Assembly (NCBI GenBank): GCA_021613535.1
Contig: CP075492.1
Span: 14,074,001 to 14,138,000, forward strand
Length of the DNA stretch: 64,000 nucleotides
From: Adineta vaga
Taxonomy: Eukaryota; Animalia; Rotifera
Direction: 5' to 3'
In this document: piece after piece, positions 58,257 to 64,000 of the stretch
How the letters are laid out: the number at the start of each line of letters is the position of its first letter
Numbering within the stretch: position 1 is the stretch's first letter
The notes under the pieces: generated by a model
Told to the model about the DNA's origin: nothing
What the model saw: only the letters and a program-made list of their open reading frames with translations
The model's database searches: none
Position numbers and translations under genes: made by a program

Positions 58257-59288
58257 TTAATGATGTAAAGTTGTCGTATGTTTAGCATGCATTGCAGCCA
58301 TAGGTATGGTATGCATATTAGTTCGACTATCATGATCAGCCGGCATTTGTCGATAAAACCATCTCATTCGTTTCAAAAGACGAAATAATTTTCGACGAAA
58401 TGTTGGACTAGATAGTGTATGTAAATAAAATGCAGCACTAAAATTTAAATATGGTAATGTAAATGACATATTGATCATGAATACACCTATTAATGTAATT
58501 TGAGTGCTTTGTGGCGCAGGATAGATCAAACTATAGATTAGATAGACGGCATATAATATATTACATAAAAGATCAGTGATGACCTGAGCCAATAACATTG
58601 TTATATATTGACCAATGATTTGACGTTCGTTATGTATAACATCATTCGTTGGTAAAATTCGTCTTTGCATTGTTTTTAAATGACAAAAAGTAATCAGACC
58701 ACATATAATCATACTTAATGGAATAGATATGCCTTGAATCAATGCAGATATTGTAGTATAAATAGCATACGTTGAATTTGGTGGTGATAAACATTGACCA
58801 TAGATTATTGTATGATATATTAAAGCGGGTGACGAATACACGAAGGAAAAAATCCATATAAAAACAATCAAATAATACGCTACTTTTGGTCGACTTTCCA
58901 TACGCATCCATGCACTTCTCGAACTAGCACACATTCGATCAACGCAAGCAAATAAAATTGATAATCGATAAATTAAGAAAGAAGTACTAGTCAAATAAGT
59001 ACGTAAACGACAGAACCATAATGAAGTTAGAGCAGGATCAATATTGTAAAGACCACGAACAAGACGTAGTACAAGACCAAAATTTAATATAAATATATCA
59101 ATAATTGATGCAGATAAAAAGTAAAGTAAACAAGAATTTGAACGTGATGTTGGTCGAGCAAATATTAACAAATTCAAACAATTACCAATATTTCCCAATA
59201 TAAAACAAATTGGTAATATAATATAATTAAAAGACCAATTCACATCATTGAATATAGTTGTTAAACTAGAAACGAAAGTGCCTGACAT
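58257..59288 (-). CDS. Class A GPCR
   Basis: GNIGNCLN, FCRLRTY, ACVDRM, AFYLHTLSSPTFRRKL. Confidence 0.88.
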   Translation of the reverse strand: MSGTFVSSLTTIFNDVNWSFNYIILPICFILGNIGNCLNLLIFARPTSRSNSCLLYFLSASIIDIFILNFGLVLRLVRGLYNIDPALTSLWFCRLRTYLTSTSFLIYRLSILFACVDRMCASSRSAWMRMESRPKVAYYLIVFIWIFSFVYSSPALIYHTIIYGQCLSPPNSTYAIYTTISALIQGISIPLSMIICGLITFCHLKTMQRRILPTNDVIHNERQIIGQYITMLLAQVITDLLCNILYAVYLIYSLIYPAPQSTQITLIGVFMINMSFTLPYLNFSAAFYLHTLSSPTFRRKLFRLLKRMRWFYRQMPADHDSRTNMHTIPMAAMHAKHTTTLHH

Positions 59289-59591
59289 TTCTACTGATTA
59301 TATCTTAGCAGCTTTATCTTAGTTTATAGTTCTTTTCTGTGAATTGTCAGAAGAAAATGAAGAAAGAAATTCATTTATAAATGACGCATTTTGTGCTGTC
59401 AAAATCAGATTTACTATAAATATTACGAAGAGCGTTATCTTGTCATATTTCAGATCGTGATAAGTTCCAACTTCAGATAAACAACGTTTCTGACAGATCT
59501 AATTAGTTTTACAAGAGACACGATATATTTCCTTCGTTATTGAAGTTAGCGTAAACAAACATTTTCTCTAAATCTACAGTTTTGTTCATAT

Positions 59592-59652
59592 CCTGAGGAT
59601 GTGGGTGAATGAGGGTCTTCTTATGATTTATACTCACACCCACACCTTCAGG
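59592..59652. repeat. 61-bp imperfect palindrome built on TGTGGG/TGAGGG-like motifs
   Basis: cctgaggatgtgggtgaatgagggt...tactcacacccacaccttcagg; the arms are near-perfect reverse complements. A degenerate relative lies at ~50824-50880. Confidence 0.75.
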
Positions 59653-60135
59653 TCCAACTGATGTATACTGTGTTCGAAATAATGAGATTGTTGTGTAGAC
59701 GAAAGTCTTTTAATAAAACCAGCATCTTATCGAAAGGGAAAAAACACATTTTTTTAACCTGTAATTACACAAGAAAGTATGTCTAATCGTGACAGAAAGC
59801 AAAAAAACCATACCCACGTCATTTTATTTTTTTTCTCACGAACATCAGCAAGGACAACGCATACATTGCTTCTGTTGTTGTGTTTGTTGTTAACAGGTAA
59901 GAAAAAGAATTCTTATTTCGGAAGAAAATAAACGCAAAGTTTTTGCATCTGAGAGACTCTCCTATAAATCCAATCCCTAGGGAACCGTGTAGTTAACTCA
60001 TCAATGATTTATCTGCGAACTTGAAGGTTAGAATATGTGGTTTTTTTTCGAAAAAAGATATATAATTTAATTTTACTCTTCTACACACGAATGATTCATT
60101 TCAGAACATAATATATACTTTACTAGTCTTCTACC

Positions 60136-61053
60136 ATGAGCGGCTCCGGAGAGCGTTTTACAGACGTTGATGTAACCAATAAACGCTTACCAGCGTGTTT
60201 TGGTTATATCGCATGGAAGGTATTACCTATTGAACAAGCTATGGCAGACTTAAATAGTTGTCTGCGCGAAATCAACAGATTTGTCAAGCTTGCCAAGAGA
60301 TACTGTACATTTCCAAATGACCATCAGTTGACTAAAGATGAAGCCACGGCCATATATATTTATACTATGGAAATGTCGGAAGATGAATGCATCTACCGTA
60401 TATTAAATCAAACGTTACGTCTCGAAGATCGAACTAAAGTTCGGCCATGGTTCCCGTATTTAAAATTATTTGACTCTGCAGTAGCTAAATTACCAACGTT
60501 CAAAGGTGTCGTCTGGCGTGGCGTTAATAAAGATGTCAGCCAGTCGTTCAAAAAAGGCCAAAAACTAACTTGGTGGAGTATTAGCTCATGCTCAACATCA
60601 GTAAAGGTTATTTCATCGTTTTTGGGTGAAGTTCCTGAAAGCACTCTTTTTAACATTCAATGTTCGACTGGAAAATGTATTGCAGCATACACATGTTACC
60701 CAAGTGAAAATGAAATTATCTTAATGCCAGGTACAACATTTGAAGTTGTAGACGATCCATTACATCATCATGGTGGTTTACATATAGTTCATTTAAAAGA
60801 AATCAACGAGGAAGATGATAACGAAGACGATGATAAACAAAGAGAATCCATAGAATTAGCAACTCCCCAACCTATGGCTGCTGCTTCTGTGTCACAAAAA
60901 TTCGAAAAATTGATCATAGGTAAAAATAACATGCAGGGTACTTCCTCTAAATTTACTGATCGACTCCGCAGTCTTTTTCTTACAATTTCTCAAGTAAGTG
61001 CTCGCATTGACCTGCATCCTGTCATGGCTCTTCTCTGCTGGATAATATTCTAG
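60136..61053 (+). CDS. NAD+-arginine ADP-ribosyltransferase (ARTC/cholera-toxin-like, R-S-ExE); 3' exons uncertain
   Basis: LTKDEATAIYIYT, IYRILNQTLR, VWRGV (R), SISSCSTS (S), PSENEIILMPGTTFEV (ExE). Probable donor near 60919 and further small exons out to ~61460. Confidence 0.88.
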   Translation: MSGSGERFTDVDVTNKRLPACFGYIAWKVLPIEQAMADLNSCLREINRFVKLAKRYCTFPNDHQLTKDEATAIYIYTMEMSEDECIYRILNQTLRLEDRTKVRPWFPYLKLFDSAVAKLPTFKGVVWRGVNKDVSQSFKKGQKLTWWSISSCSTSVKVISSFLGEVPESTLFNIQCSTGKCIAAYTCYPSENEIILMPGTTFEVVDDPLHHHGGLHIVHLKEINEEDDNEDDDKQRESIELATPQPMAAASVSQKFEKLIIGKNNMQGTSSKFTDRLRSLFLTISQVSARIDLHPVMALLCWIIF

Positions 61054-62849
61054 GGGAAAGTACACAGTCCGATAATCTTAGAAAACTGAGAAGAATTCAA
61101 TAGTATCTATTGGAACTCACATTACTCTCTTTAGTTCATTTTCTGGAGAGAAGTAAAAACTGACTTTATAGTTCGCAAATACAATAGAGAATGGTTAGAG
61201 TACATCTAGTGAAGATATATTTGAATCAGTATTATGCTTTTATACCGCAATTATTCTGTTACTCGGATTACACTCGTGAAGAAAAGATAATGTTTTATCT
61301 ATGAGTATCAGTATGAACATGGAGTTATAAGAAATGGTCTCTTTCTCTATTTAGACCCTTATCACGCAAGTCCTTCAAAACCCAGCGATACATTTCATGG
61401 TACGAAGAACACAATGACATCAACTGAGCCATTGCCTAAACCTGTATCTATGCCAAAACCAGGTATGTTAATTTGAAGAAATTTACAATCTTTTCCTCAC
61501 ATCTAACCTCTCCATCGGTTTCAACATGGAAGAATTCTATTCGATCCACATAGAAGTCTCTATCTCTGACGAACTATATCATAGTATCAAAATTCCTCAC
61601 TTTCTATTCCAACGTATCTTTGATAGTTCTGCTCCTATTTTATTTAATACTTGTGCTTTGAAAAATTATAAATTTTCTACGCAACATATGTGTGGCAGTC
61701 GGTTAGGGAATTTAGTTGAGATTGGAATATAGAAAAATACTATCTAAATCTATATTTTTATTTGTAGAGAGGAAAAATAGAATTGATAATTGTATATTAA
61801 AGAAAACAGTTATAATTTATTTAACTATGTTATGAAACGTTAAATAATTGTTTTATAAAGAGGATATTGATTTTTGTAAAAGTAGACAGATTTTTTTCAT
61901 GAGCGGGACATGCGGGACATTGAAATTTTATATTGAAAGATAGAGATTTTCGTAGAAAAAATAGTTTTCTTTTCTAGGTGAGAAATGCGGCACATAGAGT
62001 TTTCTTTCGTTTTGTATTAAGAGAAAGATTTCTGCTACCTATTTTTCCTGTTACGGTTTATTTGACACTGATTTAAATAAATCTTTCTCTTTCCCTTTTT
62101 TAAAAATTAGTTTTCTGCAATTTCTTATTTAGAATATAGGTGAGGCTGCTTCCGAATATTTCAATGTATAAAAAAATATATTCGTATGCATAGAATAAGT
62201 ATTTGCGAAGCATAAATTATATGGATGAAAAATGAATTATCTCTCAGATTTTTTTTAGAAAATAGAGGTTTTGTTAAATATTTTTATTGACTAACTAGAA
62301 ATAGAATGTAATGAGTGGTACACTACTTTAGATATTGATAAAAATTTAGACAAGTTTGAAAACATTACGAGCAGAGAGCTGATGAAAATGGCAACATAAA
62401 TTAAAACGAGAAATAAAGCAGTTCAGTTTGAGGAATAGGAATATCGTTTTTTAGTGCCCCTTGAAATCAAAATAAAGTTGGAATAGTTTAGACGAAATGA
62501 TTTCGAGTAGGAGGTAAAAAAGGCAGGGAGTACAATTGGTTAATGAAGTAAATATTTCTACAAAATTTGACAAGTTAAACATGTAACAAAGAGTTTAATA
62601 ACTTAATTTAAAATGATTATCATAGGACTATCGCTAAATCTTCATTTTGTAGGAACGAACATCTACTAAGAGAATATAAAATAGAGAAATGATTGTGTCA
62701 CTTAGATTTCTTACATAATAATATTTTGAAACACACTCTTTTATTCTTTGATAAAAAGAAAACGGTGTGAATGACAAAATGTTTCTTTATGAAAATCCGT
62801 TTATAATATTCCATTCGATTCAGATAGATTTATTGATGAAGAAATCTAT

Positions 62850-63059
62850 TTAATTTTCGTTTCTCTTGTTTCTGTCTATTTTTTTCGCGCATTCCAATCT
62901 CAACTGAATTCTCATGTCAACTGTGACATTTTTATTTATAGATTTAGCAGTATCGTTCTGAGCTGTAGTAGATCTAAACACACAGGTAGTACTAGTTATT
63001 GATGGTAATACAGATAGAGACACAGAAAGTAAACATACAAGAGAAGAGATAGTTGACAT
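62850..63059 (-). CDS. Possible small secreted peptide
   Basis: ATG, signal-like hydrophobic N-terminus, 2 Cys and basic pairs; no family recognised. Confidence 0.25.
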   Translation of the reverse strand: MSTISSLVCLLSVSLSVLPSITSTTCVFRSTTAQNDTAKSINKNVTVDMRIQLRLECAKKIDRNKRNEN

Positions 63060-64000
63060 GAAATACTCGCAGTCTTCACTTTAGCTAAATACTATAGTCA
63101 TTAATCGAATGTTTTCCAGCATACTATTGTTCATCTCCTTCATAACTCTGTAACAGCTATGAATTTTTGTTTTAGAAGATAAAGAATTTGCTGAGCCTGG
63201 TAGCTGTGACAAACTCTATCACAATTATTCATTTGTTCTATGTCCAATAACTAACGAAGCATAGTAAGACAACGGATTTAGACAAAATAATGTAAACGAA
63301 TACAACTTTTGTCATAGGCAATCGTATATTCGATGCTTTATTGCAAATATATTCTAGCAGAACTTCCATGTCTAGTGCGAGAAATATATGAACGAAATGC
63401 TGAAGGGCGTCGTATCTATTCATTTTGTCTGTCAACTATGAACTGTCCATGAAGTGTTATATTTGACTGAAAAGAACAAATAATAATCGAATGCTATGAT
63501 CCTTGTGCAAAATGTCACAAGTGTCGTTGTTCTTATTCTATTATCGTATAATCAGAAATTAACAAATGAACTTCAGACTTTTATGAGATTAAGAAAAATA
63601 ATGGAATAGAACTTTGATTTAAACGATTCAAAGGACATACTTTTTCTTTATGTTGATCGATTGAGTAATATCGCTTTCAAACAACTGAAGTAGATGAATA
63701 TGATCATTGGAATTTTCTAAATCATTCATGTGCTGCGTGAATATCAGTGGTCTATCCGTCTGAAATATGAGCATTATTGTAGACAAAATAGGCTAATACA
63801 ATCTACTGGTGATAGTAATTATTCATTTAATCAGTGAAACGTAAAGCTATGATTATGAACGAGTCATTCATTTCATATTAGTGAAATAGATGAATAGAAA
63901 TGTCTGCCCATGTGGAAAATGATTGTACATTTAGTATGTAATGTTTTCATCTGAAGCAATAAAGAACAGCTTGTTTCTAGAGGAGTCGTATTAATAAACG

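Noticed and set aside
1-64000. Bacterial contig, operon or toxin-antitoxin interpretation of the HipA/PARG/beta-lactamase genes
   Set aside because: Spliceosomal introns, metazoan neighbours, uniform composition, and no antitoxin or operon structure.
61500-64000. Possible transposon or gene remnants in the right-hand gene-poor stretch
   Set aside because: No transposase or RT motif, terminal repeats or coherent frame found by eye; only a GCGGGACAT doublet near 61903.

Overview
AT-rich (~30% GC) eukaryotic genomic DNA with compact genes and many ~45-65 bp GT-AG introns. The gene repertoire (intronless class A GPCRs, F-box/LRR genes, an ExE-type ADP-ribosyltransferase, a DEG/ENaC channel, many bacterial- or fungal-looking enzymes) fits a bdelloid rotifer (Adineta/Rotaria-like); this is inference, not a database result. 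About 30 genes or gene remnants are visible. Metazoan-type genes: DEG/ENaC, four GPCRs, a DDX60-like Ski2 helicase, RING/TRAF-LRR, three F-box genes, NAGPA-like, Josephin. Horizontal-transfer candidates: class C beta-lactamase-fold hydrolase, TIGR02452 microbial PARG, HipA-like kinase, UGT80/ATG26-like sterol glucosyltransferase, PAN-GH128 glucanase, two cupins, DUF4177, a DxRCP bacterial-type protein, fungal AKR7, a GH141-like beta-helix protein and a fungal-type OSCA/CSC1 channel. The most unusual single gene is an 8-exon RRM-RRM-RRM-CCCH-RRM-pseudokinase fusion (1609-4824). The window also shows rearrangement scars: a GPCR paralogue with nearly its whole ORF deleted, an internally deleted AKR7, orphan ART/TMEM272/PKD1 fragments, and short TGTGGG/TGAGGG motifs, two of which sit at breakpoints. 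No rRNA, tRNA, CRISPR array or autonomous transposon was recognised. All family assignments are from motif recognition by eye.
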